64,000 nt of DNA, taken from contig NC_043002.1 in the NCBI RefSeq assembly GCF_006345805.1, positions 94,302,001-94,366,000 on the forward strand, read 5' to 3'. The notes beneath the pieces are model-generated. The model made no database searches. It was not told where the DNA came from and saw nothing but the letters and a program-made list of their open reading frames with translations. The stretch comes from Octopus sinensis (Eukaryota). The translations under genes were made by a program, and so were the position numbers. Positions 12,313-25,258 of the stretch are shown here, piece by piece; the first letter of the stretch is position 1, and the number at the start of each line of letters is the position of its first letter.

Positions 12313-12857
12313 TATCTATTATATAAAATCCGTTCTGTCTGTCTGTGTGTGTGTCTTCTAGGATCTCGGGCATCCTCCATCCGATTGCACTCAAATTTGT
12401 TATGTAGATACTGACGGTATCAGGGCGTGTATAAGTCTTGAAAAAATTACAAAAATCGATTCCAGGGAGAGAATGCGATAGATAAAGCCGTTTTTGTCCT
12501 GCTTTTCTTCCGTCAACCGGTACATAACTGTACCTTCCATTTTTGTGTTTTTTGTACTGCTTAAAGGCACGTTTCTTCCTGCCAAGCTTACTGTTTAAAC
12601 CATGTTTGTGTTCTCCCAGTCAACAGCCTTATCATTACTGGTACTTTAAACTCCTCGGTTGCATATTTGTGTGAATAAAATCGTTTTTTTTTGGAATAGA
12701 AAAAAGTCTATCTTATTTTTCTTCTTTTGCTGGTGTCTGAAATTAGGTTGAATCAGTGTTTCTCAAAGGGAGGCCTATAGGACGGTCGGACAAGTTGTTT
12801 TCAGAAATTGGTTTAAATGTTTGACAACTCACCACTCAGGGGGGCGTTTTGCCCGTA

Positions 12858-12862
<5 letters not shown>
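12313..12862 (+). mobile_element. Duplicate of the Helitron-like element
   Basis: Near-identical to 10732-11281. Confidence 0.6.
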
Positions 12863-12895
<33 letters not shown>

Positions 12896-12896
<1 letters not shown>

Positions 12897-15800
12897 TTTT
12901 TTTTTTTTTTTTTTTTTTGGGACAGATATTTCTGGAAACCCCCTACAGCATTTGGGAAGAGGGCTTTGAGTTTGTGGTGTTGTGTTTGTGTGATGTGTAG
13001 TATTTTGATGTGTTTGGGTGGTGTAGTGCGTGGATGATTGCTATTTTTAAAGTCATCTTCACAAATGTTTGTGTATCCTGTGATGTACTCCATTAGTTTG
13101 AGTCCATCAGCGATAGACACAAAAGACTCCAAACTAATGGAGTACATCACAGGATACACAAACATTTGTGAAGATGACTTTAAAAATAGCAATCATCCAC
13201 GCACTACACCACCCAAACACATCAAAATACTACACATCACACAAACACAACACCACAAACTCAAAGCCCTCTTCCCAAATGCTGGTAGGGGTTTCCAGAA
13301 ATATAGTCCCAAAAACTATATAGAAACCTCCTCGAAGACACATCAAAGAACGAGGACGCCAAAACTTTCGACACAAGTAAGTAACTCTCTGTACTTTCAT
13401 TTGTGTGTTTAAAGCACACACCAATAGAATCATGGTCAAGATTGGTTGTGTGAATGCGCGTGGCTTGGGGTCTCCTTGGAAACAAGGATACCTCCTAAAT
13501 GACATCAAGTCACATGATTTGGGAATCATAGCCATAAGTGAGACCAGACTCCACGAGCCAGGGCCCTAAAGTCCAGTTTGGCGGACAGTTTAACATTTAT
13601 TTCGCTCCCTGTCTGCCGAGGATGGGCGGTAGTGGCACCGTGGTACTTTTCACAAGAGCCTGGATCTCGAAGTCAAGACGATATTCGTAGACCCGGAGGG
13701 TAGACTGATCGTTCTGGATGTTGACGGCAGCAATGGGTGCGCTTTTCGACTCGTATCAGTCTACGCACGCCCTTAACAGGTCGGGCGGATTTCTTTCGAC
13801 GTCTAGAAGTATTCTTGGGAACGTCTCGTCCTTTACTCTTAGTGGGGGATTGGAATGCTACCTTGGACACGCATGTAGACTACGTGTGGTAGAGACAGAA
13901 ACAGAAGGAGCAGAAGGGGATGCAAATGCCTCAGAGACCTGCTCAGACGATTCCAACTGTCTGACAGGTACCGACTCGACCACCCAAATGCACCAACGTG
14001 GACATGGAGCAACCGCAGTGGGTCGTCGAGATCGTATCTAGATAGGATACTGTGTAGGACAGTAGACAAGGATAACTTAGGATGTCCACAATTCAGCTAC
14101 ACGGTGACGTGTACGCTAGACTTAGATAAGGCACATAGACAGGGTCCTGGGTACTGGAAACTGAACGCATCATTCCCGTCCAGACAAGTTTTCAGAGACC
14201 GGATTAGCACACTAGTAAAGAGGGCTTTGACGGGAGCCATCATCAACAACAAATGGTGGTTTGCCCTCAAGAGAGCAGTAAAAGCAGAAGCGATTAGGTA
14301 CAGCAAAGCACTAGCCATAGATAGAAATAGAGTAGAGGGTGAGCTAGTTAAGAAGCTAGAAGAGGCAATTAGAAGCGGCATCGCATCCGACGTTTTGGCG
14401 GCGAGGTTGGCCCTCGACCAACACTTCAACGCCAAACACGAAGGATGTGCTGTCAGAGCTAGGATGCGTGCTCTAAGGAACGAAGGTGTTGGAGCCGCGA
14501 GAGAGGCCCGGGTGGCAGAGGCGCAACAGGGCAACAAAGCCACCATTCGGTCACTGGTAGATGAACAGGGGCGCGAATTGCTCGAGCCAAGTAAAATGTG
14601 TGAGGCCTTTCAGCAGCATTTTGCCCGACTGTTCGGGACGAGTGGAGGGCAAGAACGTAGGGTAGACTTCAGTGCCTACCTACATAGCCTGCCACGACTC
14701 TCGACAAGAAAGGCAGGGTGCTGCGAAGGTGCCATCACCGGCGGCGGAAGTGCGGGAAGCGATGGCAGAATGCTCGAGGGACAAATCACCGGGTTTGATG
14801 GTCTACCTACGAATTTTACTATTGTATGCCAGACTTGTTTGGAGACGTCTTGGCAGCGGTATACTGCAACTGGCAGCAAAACGGGAGCATACCCGGTTTT
14901 GTGAGTCGAGGAGCTGTAACTCTGCTGAAGAAAGATCCAAACAAGGGAAACATTATAGATAACTTTAGGCCAATCACTCTGCTCAATGCAGACCTGAAAA
15001 TTTTGACAAAGGTGTTAGCCAAGAGGTTGGCGCTTGTCATGGAGAAACTGGTCGACAACGCACAAACGTGCGCCGTGCCGGGCCGGAGCATCCATGACAA
15101 CCTCCATCTGATGCGCTACATCATATAGACAGGGTAGTTAACGAACCTGGCATGGGTGGGGCCCTGATCAACTTGGATCAATCGAAAGCCTTTGATAGGG
15201 TAGACCATCGATACTTGGAGGCAGTCCTGAGAGCGGCTGGTTTCGGTCCCGTCTTCCGCGGCTGGATAGCTGCCTTGTACAGGGGCATCCGTTCGGTAAT
15301 TCGCGTAAATGGACATCTATCGAGACCCTTCGACATTGCACGTTCGGTCCGTCAGGGATGCCCCCTCTCGGCGCTTCTATACGTATTGACTCTTGAGCCA
15401 CTACTGCGGAAGCTGGCGACTCTGAGGGGCATCCCGCGAGAATTAGGATGCGGGACGAGCGTGTCTGCATACGCGGACGACGTCACCGTCATAGTGTCAA
15501 GCCACGAGCACATCGAGCGGGTCGGCGAGACACTGAAAGACTACGAAGCGGTGACAGGAGCAAAAATCAACCGGGAAAAGTCAGTGGGCTTGCGGCTCGG
15601 CACTTGGAGAAGCAAGCCCATGCCGTCCACCAGTACCTCCGTCGTGGGACGCTGGACAGACGGCCCGGTTGAGTTGCTCGGGGTCTGGTTCGGTCCGGAC
15701 CTCCAAATGGAGAAGAACTGGAACGAGATAACGAGTAGGGTGGTCACTCTCGCCCAGCAATGGGCCGAGAGGAAACTGTCCCTAAAAGGTCGGGCGGAGG

Positions 15801-17267
15801 TGGTGAACGCGTACATCGCGTCCATCATCTACTACCGCCTGACCGTCGTACCTTGTCCCGACCCTACCATCACCAAACTAGAACGCATCCTCTTCCGCTT
15901 CTTGTGGAAGGATGCGTCCCGATGGTCAGGCGATCCATTTGCTGTCAACACCCGTTAAAAGGAGGGCTGGGCATGCCGTGGTTGATGATGCGCAGACACG
16001 CGCTGAGACTGCGACATCTCCGGCTCTATGTAGACGACGGTGAACAGGTGTGGTCGCCGTTTGTGAGGCACGCATTCCCGCAATCGTCTCCATGACCGAA
16101 CTACAGTCGTGGATCAAAAAGAGGCCGAAGAAGGGCGAATGGCACCGCGAGTGTCGCGTTGCTCTCAAGCAACTCTGCCGTCCCGGGTCGACCTTGAGTG
16201 ACTTCAACACAACCAAAGCATTCTATAGGGGATTAGTGGAGGGGAGGTACGACGACGAGCTCGGGGCAAACTTGGGCGTCGACGAGGAATACCTGACCCG
16301 CCTGTTTCAAACGACTTTCGGCCCGGGACCTATGGACAACTTCCAGAGATCCCTGGCCTGGCGGTGCTACCGAGAAGCGCTACCCGTTCGGGATAAGCTC
16401 TATAGGCATGGCTCGAGAAACACGGGGCCGACCTGCCCGAGATGCGGGCAGAGCGACGAAACCGCTCTGCACGCAATCGTGCAGTGTCCAGCAATTTCCC
16501 ACCTGTGGGCTTATGTCGAACGACTGCTGTCACGTGTGGGACGTGTCGGTTTATCAGCCGAGTCTATCGTTAATATCGTCACGCCTCCTTCCTTCAAACG
16601 GGAAGGAAGAGCTATTTTATCATACTTGTGGCTATGGCGAAAGAATGTATCTGGTGGACGCGTCTGAAAGGATTAGAGACAACACTTTCCTCTCTGGTCA
16701 ATCTCTCATCAACTTCTTCAAGTATCACTTGAAGAAAAAGTGAGAGTAGAGAGGCAAGTTTTGTCTAGTGAATGTTTTAAAAAAAGATGGGTGAATGTAG
16801 CAAGGATGGCACGTATGAATGACGAAGCCACCTTGACTATGATTCTATGAACCGTAAAAATTAATACAGAGAGTTGCTTATTTGCAAAAAAAAAAAAAAA
16901 AAGAAATATAACATGTGACTTCATTGACCGAGGTTACCGTGGTCTTTTCCGTAGGCTTTTCTTTCCACGGGTAAACCTCACCTGTCCTCCCCTTTACACT
17001 TCATATTGACATTTCTGTGATAACGATCCCTATTGATCAATTTTTTTTCCTCTCTCCCCTTTTTTTTTTTACCCCCCTTTTTTTGTCCTCTTTCTCTCCT
17101 TTTACGATCCCTTTTGATCGACCCCCCCTTTTTTATTTTATTTTATTTGTTATTTTTATTATTTTATTATTATTATTATTTTTTTTTTTTTTAAACCTTC
17201 AAAAGAAAAGCTCTACCTTGTAATTGTTCTATCTGTGTGCAGCCCTGTGTGGCTAATAAAGAAAAAC
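12896..17267 (+). mobile_element. Tx1/L1-superfamily non-LTR retrotransposon, 5'-truncated with fold-back
   Basis: APE endonuclease, RT and CCHC motifs in order. Pyrimidine-rich 3' UTR ends in AATAAAGAAAAA. (TATC)n on both flanks. Confidence 0.93.
13432..16856 (+). pseudogene. LINE ORF2 (APE endonuclease - RT - CCHC zinc knuckle), multiple frameshifts
   Basis: MVKIGCVNARGL...ISETR; LLVGDWNA; SYLDRI; GPGYWKLN; RPITLLNADLKILTKVLAKRL; LDQSKAFDRVDH; VRQGCPLS; AYADD; CPRCGQSDETALHAIVQC, spread over ORFs 14104-14904, 14826-15128, 15152-15958 and 16050-16667. Confidence 0.93.
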
Positions 17268-17268
17268 A

Positions 17269-17339
<71 letters not shown>

Positions 17340-17833
17340 ATATGTAATGTTTACATGTAATGTGTGCGTTCAAAGAGTTCATCAGCACCAGAACTCCAGA
17401 TTTTTATGTTACGGGAATAAGCAAACTTGTAACTCGTTGGCAAAAATGTGTTGATTGTAATAGTACTTAATTCGATGGGCAAATGTCTTCTAATATAGCA
17501 AAGCGTTGTGAGTAGATTTGGTAGACAGAAACTGAAAGAAGCCCGTCGTATATATATGTGCGTGTGTATGTGTTTAGGTGTCAGTGTTTGTTCCCCTACC
17601 ATCGCTTGACAACCGATGTTGGTGTCTTTACGTCCCCGTAACCTAGCGGTTCGGCAAAAGAGAACGATAGGATAAGTACTACGCTTACAAAGAATAAGTC
17701 CTGGGGTCGATTTGTTCGACTAAAGGCGGTACTCCACATGGCTCCACTCAAATGATTGAGACAAATTAAAGAATAAAAGAATAAAAGAATTTACATACAT
17801 ACATACATACTATATATATATATATATATATAG

Positions 17834-17917
<84 letters not shown>

Positions 17918-17982
17918 ATATATATATATATGTATGTATAGATAGATATAGATAGAAGATAGATAGATAGATAGATAGATAT

Positions 17983-18048
<66 letters not shown>

Positions 18049-21000
18049 GATAGATACAATGATAGATAGAAGAATGGGGATATGTGTATAATTCATCACT
18101 GCCAAATTACACTCGCAAATAAATCCTAGTCTACATTAGAAAACTTATACCAAGATATCGAGCAAAATTTTCGAACGAAAAATCACAGAGTTGACAACTA
18201 CTTTACTACAAAATGTGTGTGTGTGCTTGTTTGTATGTGTGCGTATGTGTGTGTGTATATACACATATACACATATATGCATACATACATACATGCATAC
18301 AGATAGACAAACGGGCACACATATTAGAAAGAAACAATGAACAACAAAACGCGTGACATCACTTTAGAGCACGTAATTTGTTTTTATTCAAACATAATTG
18401 CAGTTGCTGTCTCTGCATTGTAAGGTCTGAACGAGTTGATTAAACTGGCAGTTTGTGAATGTTATAGGATTATCAAATTGAAACACAACTGTAATTTAAT
18501 GACTGTGAAAATGAGAATAGGGGCCTATAAATTGCTTTAATTATTAAAGCTGTTTGTCATAGCAGTTCAGTTTTACAGACATTGTTGGGTAGACGTTTTT
18601 TTTTTTGTCGGGGTTGGGGATGAAATATTCTTCATATGATGGATCAACAATATATGTAGTTGCGGATACATAAATCTAAAGTTTAAAGATAGAATATACA
18701 AGGAAACAAACAATACTAGTTGTTCAGATATCAAATAATAATATGAGCACCATCACAGAATATACTGAAACTCAGCTACTAAGTTGTGAACTACATCTAA
18801 AAAAATCTTTCTATTTACATTCCAACCAATTATATTTATGTTCGCTCCGATCTCCTGAAGACAAGAATTCCTGCTTATAATTTAATAAATTAGCCTTTAA
18901 GTTATCGAGATTTAATTCTTAAAGATAATGACTTCAACAAAGAAGAGTTTTCGTGTGGTGCTTCTTGCTTCAAAAGAAATGTTTTCTCGGGGCAAATATT
19001 CAGTATTGGAAGAAAATATTCTTCTCTACTCGAGATGTTTCTTTATAAATAGTGGCATACTTTTGTAAGCAATATATTAACAAGTTAAATTTGAATTTTC
19101 ACGCAAATGTCTGAAATCCAATGAGATTTCCAAAAAAGATTAAGCGTAGATCTAAAAAGGAAACAAGCAGGCGCGCGCACACAAGTACATAGATACGCAA
19201 GCAACATACTTGCATACACAAGTATATGAGTAAGACAAGCTTGAATTACAAGTTTCTTATAAGTATGTAACACATTAAAAGGCAAATGCTGCTACGTTAA
19301 GTATCATAATTACCTTAAAAAATATATTGAGATTGAAGCGAGTTGTTAAATAGGAATATTGAATTGAGATAAATTACCACAAAATGTACTGTAAACGAGA
19401 AGAAAACGGAAATATGTTGGGGGGGAAAAGAGCCTAAATAGGTTAGATTCTGTATTTTATAAAATAATTGCAAGTTGTTAGGAAATAGTAGAAAATATGC
19501 AGAAAGAAAATATAATTTTGAATAATAATTTGTCACTTAAAAAAAGAAGGGAACTAAATGTAATGGGTGTTAATCAGTCGATCTGCATTCTATCTGCTTA
19601 TTTAGTCTTAAAACTCGTTATCTAACAAACTGTTGTACCGAATCACTGAAACACGTAGTTCTGATTCGATAATTTTTAGTTTTGTTTCTTACATTTTTTT
19701 TTTAAAGAAAAAGGTAAGCCAAGTTCAGATATATTTTTTGTGAGAGGACGTGATTACAAAACAAGAGGCTGAAAGTTGTTAATCAGGCGATAAAGAACAA
19801 ACTTTCTGAACGAAGAAAATATTACAGAAGAATGACGACGTAGAAAAAAAAACGCCAAAACACTCCCACTAAAACGGAGGTAAGACTTTCAGAAGAAAAT
19901 AAGAAAAAAAAAAAAAACGTTTGTAAAAGTATTGAAATAGAATAGAATCTAAATTCGTTGAATGCATCTTACAACTGTTATGAGAAGCAAAGAGAAAACT
20001 GTAGAATCTGTTTTCATTTGACCCGGAATAATCGAAGGTATATGAAAGCAAACGAAATGGAGAATGAGTAGAAGCCAGCTGAGTTATCTATGATTCGTGC
20101 CTAGTCATATACAATATGTTTTGTCCGTGGTTATTTGATTAACTCGACCACATTGGAAAGTAGATCGTAAATTGCAGTGCTGAGTTTAATTCCACCAGTG
20201 AACCTAGGGAAAAAAAAGCTTTAGTATCGAGATCCAGACCTGAGTTTTCACATTATTTTAAAACCACCTTTAGTTTTGATTACTAGCTGCGCGCGGTGAC
20301 ATTCATCATCGAATAAAAAAATTTTCCTGCGTCATGAACAACCATTATATACAACAGTATATATATATACATATATACATACATACATTATATATATATT
20401 ATATATATATATTATATATATGTGGTGTGTGTGTGTGTGTGTATGTGTGTGTGTGTGTGTGTGAGTGTGTGTGTGTGTTTGTTGCCAAACAACATTTTAG
20501 TGCTGTTGACACCGTCGGATTGAATGATATTGCCCAGATGTCGAAACCATAGTGATATCCGTGGGGGCAGCTGATAATGGAGGTATGTTGGGTTGATAGT
20601 ATGGCTATTGTTGTATGTGCGGAAAAGTATTAAAACACTTCCATTTGATATATATATATATATATATATAAAGTAACAAACTGAGGAAAAGAAATCCTTT
20701 AAAGGGGTGTGTTAAACATCCAGTTCAACATCAGTTGAATACCATATAAATATTGGTATAATGCTTCTTTGGTTTGTACTAATGATTTCTGTCGATTCAC
20801 TAAATTCTCCCTACCATAATGTGCGGATAACAATCATTATTTAAGTAACTTCAAATCTGATAACCCCTAAAAAATTATGGAAGTTTTGTAGATTTTGAAG
20901 GTATCGGTATTTCAAGCATGCTGGAAATAGGACGTTTTCGTCCTTGCTCCCTTGATATAGTTATATGCATATGTACATTATTATTAGTTAAATGTATAAA

Positions 21001-21070
21001 GTGCCTCTGAATTTTTATAGCATGCGGACTACATGATTAATATCATTAACGTGTCTTGTATCCTTATATT

Positions 21071-21440
21071 GTGGAGGCGCAATGGCCCAGTGGTTAGGGC
21101 AGCGGACTCGCGGTCGTAGGATCGCGGTTTCGATTCCCAGACCGGGCGTTGTGAGTGTTTATTGAGCGAAAACACCTAAAGCTCCACGAGGCTCCGGCAG
21201 GGATGGTGGTGATCCCTGCTGTACTCTTTCACCACAACTTTCTCTCACTCTTACTTCCTGTTTCTGTTGTATCTGTATTTCAAAAGGCCGGCCTTGTCAC
21301 TCTCTGTGTCACGCTGAATATCCCCGAGAACTACGTTAAGGGTACACGTGTCTGTGGAGTGCTCAGCGACTTACACGTTAATTTTACGAGTTGATCGGAT
21401 CAACCGGAACTCTCGTCGTCGTAACCGACCGAGTGCTTCC
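21071..21440 (+). mobile_element. SINE family C (tail type 3)
   Basis: GTGGAGGCGCAATGGCCCAGTGGTTAGGGCAGCGGACTCGCGGTCGTAGGATCGCGGTTTCGATTCCC head with a distinct tail (...CCCGAGAACTACGTTAAGGG...). Confidence 0.85.
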
Positions 21441-21471
21441 CATCCCATCCTTATATTCTATTATGAATTAA

Positions 21472-21528
<57 letters not shown>

Positions 21529-21722
21529 AACTAATCAGTACAAGGAAAACAGGAAATAGAGAATATCCAATTTTATTATTATTATTATTTATGCAGTCAT
21601 TTAATTTCTTATATATTTTCGCCTACGTTACTTCTTCGCCGCTATTACGGTACATCTTACTATTATACATCCCCATCAACTCCAAACATTAAAAAATTTT
21701 TGGCTACTTGGCTATATATATA

Positions 21723-22601
21723 CGTGGTCTGATCAATAAATATGCGGACTGTTGCCATAGTAACGAAGCTAAAGCACACAGAGTAAAGCCGCTTGACACA
21801 GATTGCCATTCAATTCTGCTGTGCATGCGCACTAAGTTTTGACGTTGTAGCTCACTTCCAATTTTTACAGCAGTGCTTGGAAGTAAAGTGTGTAGTCTGT
21901 GATCGTCGCACTGACCATGACAGAGAAAGTTGAGCAGAGAATCTGCATCAAATTGTGCCAAAAGCTTGGCGATACCTGCTGAGAGGCCTACGCAAAGTTT
22001 TCATCGTTCTCGACACAATCAAGGAGATCTTGTGCAACTGAAACCCAGGTGTCTTTTTGATTATCTGAAAGCAGTCTTGGCCCAAATTTGGCAGACACGC
22101 ATCTCATACCCATATCTTCAGTGATAAAGGACTGAACTGAACCATAACTAATCTGCACATCCTCTGATAATTCATGGATGGTGATTCGATGATTTCCCCT
22201 CACAGCTGCATGCACATCTGCGAAGTTTTTCTCAGTTCTGCTGGTTGCAGGTCTCTCAGAATGTTCGTCACGATCGACTTTTTCAGCCATCTTGGAAACG
22301 TCTGGACCATTCGTACACTTGTGTGCAACTCATACACTTCTCGCCACACTCTTTCGTCAACTTTGTGTTGGCCTCTGAGCAAGTATTGTCATGACAACTT
22401 TCTCTGTCATGGTCAATGCGACGATCACATGCTACACACCTTCAAAGCATTGCTTTAGACAGCGGAAGTGGGCTAGAATGTTAAAACTTAGTGCGCATGC
22501 ACAGCAGAGTTGAAGGCCAATCTTTGCTAAGCGGCTTTACTCTGCCTGATTCAGCTTCGTTACTGTGCCAACAATCCGTATACTTATGTGATCAGACCTC
22601 A
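21723..22601. mobile_element. Non-autonomous mariner derivative with two convergent 5' ends
   Basis: Plus strand gives MTEKVEQRICIK from 21917. Minus-strand ORF 21988-22290 gives RRITI-like ...CVSAKFGPRLLS. Diverged inverted arms at 21723-21932 and 22395-22601, TA flanks. Confidence 0.85.
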
Positions 22602-22610
22602 TATATATAT

Positions 22611-22688
<78 letters not shown>

Positions 22689-22936
22689 CTATATATTAGA
22701 AGGTTTGGAGATGATGTACAGGTATTATATATTAGAAGAAATAAGGTACTCAGAAATCTGGATGGTTTTATATTTACAGATTTTTATTAATATGTCACAT
22801 GTTTTTATAGATCATATATTAGCGCTTTCATCCACTCTAGTGGATTCTTCTGATTGAATTGTTTCAGGAGATTTGTCTCTTTTTATAGTATTATTGAGTG
22901 TGTAGGGGTGGAGAGAGATATAGGATAGTAAAAGAG

Positions 22937-22989
<53 letters not shown>

Positions 22990-22997
22990 ATATATAT

Positions 22998-23152
22998 TAC
23001 GACGGGCTTCTTTCAGTTTTTGTCTACCAAATTCACTTACAAGGCTTTGGCCGGTCCGAGGTTATAGAAGAAGACACTTGCTCAAGTTGCCATGCAGTGG
23101 GACTGAACCCGGAATCATGTGGTTGGTAAGCAAGCTACTTACCATACAGCCA
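22998..23152 (-). mobile_element. SINE family A head
   Basis: Reverse complement of the family A 5' half. Confidence 0.8.
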
Positions 23153-23175
23153 CTATACATATACATACATATATA

Positions 23176-23208
<33 letters not shown>

Positions 23209-24140
23209 GTATATGTGTGTGTGTGTGTGTGTGTGTGTTTGTGTATATATGCACAGAAAACATCCGTTAAATAGATTAGATTTAGAAGTGAAGCGTTTTG
23301 CATTATATTAAATCAATTACCAGAGAAACGTCGAAGAGTGTGGGCAGAATTTGTAATCATTGTTTGGAATCGAGGGGTTTAATGTCTTATCGAATAAAAC
23401 TGAAAGTAAACTGTCGTTTAGGTTTCTGCTGATGAGAAATCTGTCGAAGCTACCAAACTTTTAATTTCCGGATTAGTTATCCGATTACACATGTTGGAGA
23501 TCCTGTTTGTAATGTCAGGAAAAACCTTTTAAAATACTGTTTCATTTTTGTGTCTGTTTAAAACATTCTATTTAAGGGTGGCAGATATAATTATAATTTG
23601 TTCATGAGAATAAATAACACAGACATTGCAGTATTTGCTTGTCATGTTGTATTCTATACAGTTCTATACTCTATGTATTCTTGAGAGAGATGAAGCCCGG
23701 CAGGTGTTAAAATGCACAAGATACGCTGTATGTTGCCACGAGGACTCCGAGACTTTATCAAAGAGTTGAGGTTCAGAAAAGCGAAGCATATTGTATAGAG
23801 TTTCCAAGTTTAAAGTTGGAAATTCTAAAAGTCATATACCAATGACAATATTGTTGTAGGTATCTAAATAGAGCGTAGCGTATGTGCATTGCCTTAAATT
23901 TAAATATTGAATGTATCTTGTTAGGAAATGGTAAGGATTTAGAGCACAGCACACACACCAACAAACATGCTCTCTCTCTCTCTTTCTCTCTCAAACACAC
24001 ACCCTACGTGTGCATGCAAATGGAACGTAAGGATATTGAATGGATTAACTAAGTCATGCTTTGGTTTTCAAATTATTTATTATTTTTCATGTTATGCAAA
24101 TATATATATGTGTGTGTGTGTGTGTTGTGTGTGTGTGTGT

Positions 24141-24454
24141 GTGGAGGCGCAATGGTCCAGTGGTTAGGGCAGCGGACTCGCGGTCGTGGGATCGCGGTTT
24201 CGATTCCCAGACCGGGTGTGGTGAGTGTTTATTGAGCGAAAACACCTAAAGCTCCACGAGGCCCCGACAGGGTGTGGTGACGATCCCTGCTGTACTCTTT
24301 CGCCACAACTTTCTCTCTTTCTTTCTTCTGTTGGCCTGCTCGCTTAGTCAGCGGGGTGGCATCATTTGAAGGCTAAACAATGCGAAGCGCATTGTGACCA
24401 GCGATGTGTAGCAACATCTGATAGCCAGGTCGGTCACGGTGTGATCACGGTGAT
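24141..24454 (+). mobile_element. SINE family C (tail type 2)
   Basis: tRNA-like head plus CTGTTGGCCTGCTCGCTTAG...GGTCACGGTGATCACGGTGAT tail. Duplicated at 27980-28292. Confidence 0.85.
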
Positions 24455-24557
24455 ATATAATATATGTTTGAAATAATTATCTCGTCCTTTATTAGAAGGG
24501 GTTGATAAATCTGGGATATATATATATATATACAGCTACATACACAAACACACAACA

Positions 24558-24588
<31 letters not shown>

Positions 24589-24888
24589 CAACCACACACA
24601 CACACATGCATACACAACATGTATATTTAAAATAATCTATTATTTCTATCTATCATGTATATAGGTATTCCAAGCTTTACAGAAGTAGTGTTTTCCTGAA
24701 AATCCGGCCGTAAGACGAAATTCTGTAATGCGAAATTAATTTTCCCCATTGATTTTCTTATCATCAAGTAAAATTGCATTCCTATTGATAGCTTCAATTA
24801 AAAAAATGCACAGGAAGACAACAGAGAACAAGCAACTCGATCATCTTTATGCATGAAAATAACTATTTCTAAACAAACATGATAGAGT

Positions 24889-25258
24889 ATAGAATGTGTT
24901 TATAAAACATCTTTTTCCCTTGGCTTTATTGAGAAAATTCTACAGTTTGTAAGATATTTGTTGTTTTTTTCTTCAATTTCTGCAATTTCAACCAATCAAT
25001 TACTTCCATTGAGGTAAAAAAACATTCTGTGCCGTATAAATATGTCCCTCGTTTAGAAACAGATTGGGTTATTTACACTTCTGGAGAAAAAAAGATACAC
25101 CTTTCCCCACCCCTAACCTTAACCCTACCCTAACCCTAACCACCTAACCCTATAAAACAGATTGAAATGCAATAGATCGATACTAGGGTCATAATATAGG
25201 GTGACAATTCATATGACACCGCTAGAAAAAACTGCCGTTCAAACCGAAAAAGACCAAG
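24889..25258. mobile_element. GGATC-TIR MITE with (CCCTAA)n, left-truncated
   Basis: Matches 60123-60483, including the right TIR. Duplicated at 28709-29078. Confidence 0.85.

Noticed and set aside
13673-16743. Antisense and alternative-frame ORFs over the LINE
   Set aside because: Expected by-products of GC-rich ORF2 codon usage, with no motifs.
25105-25152. True telomere or chromosome-fusion relic
   Set aside because: The CCCTAA units are short and always at the same position inside the MITE.
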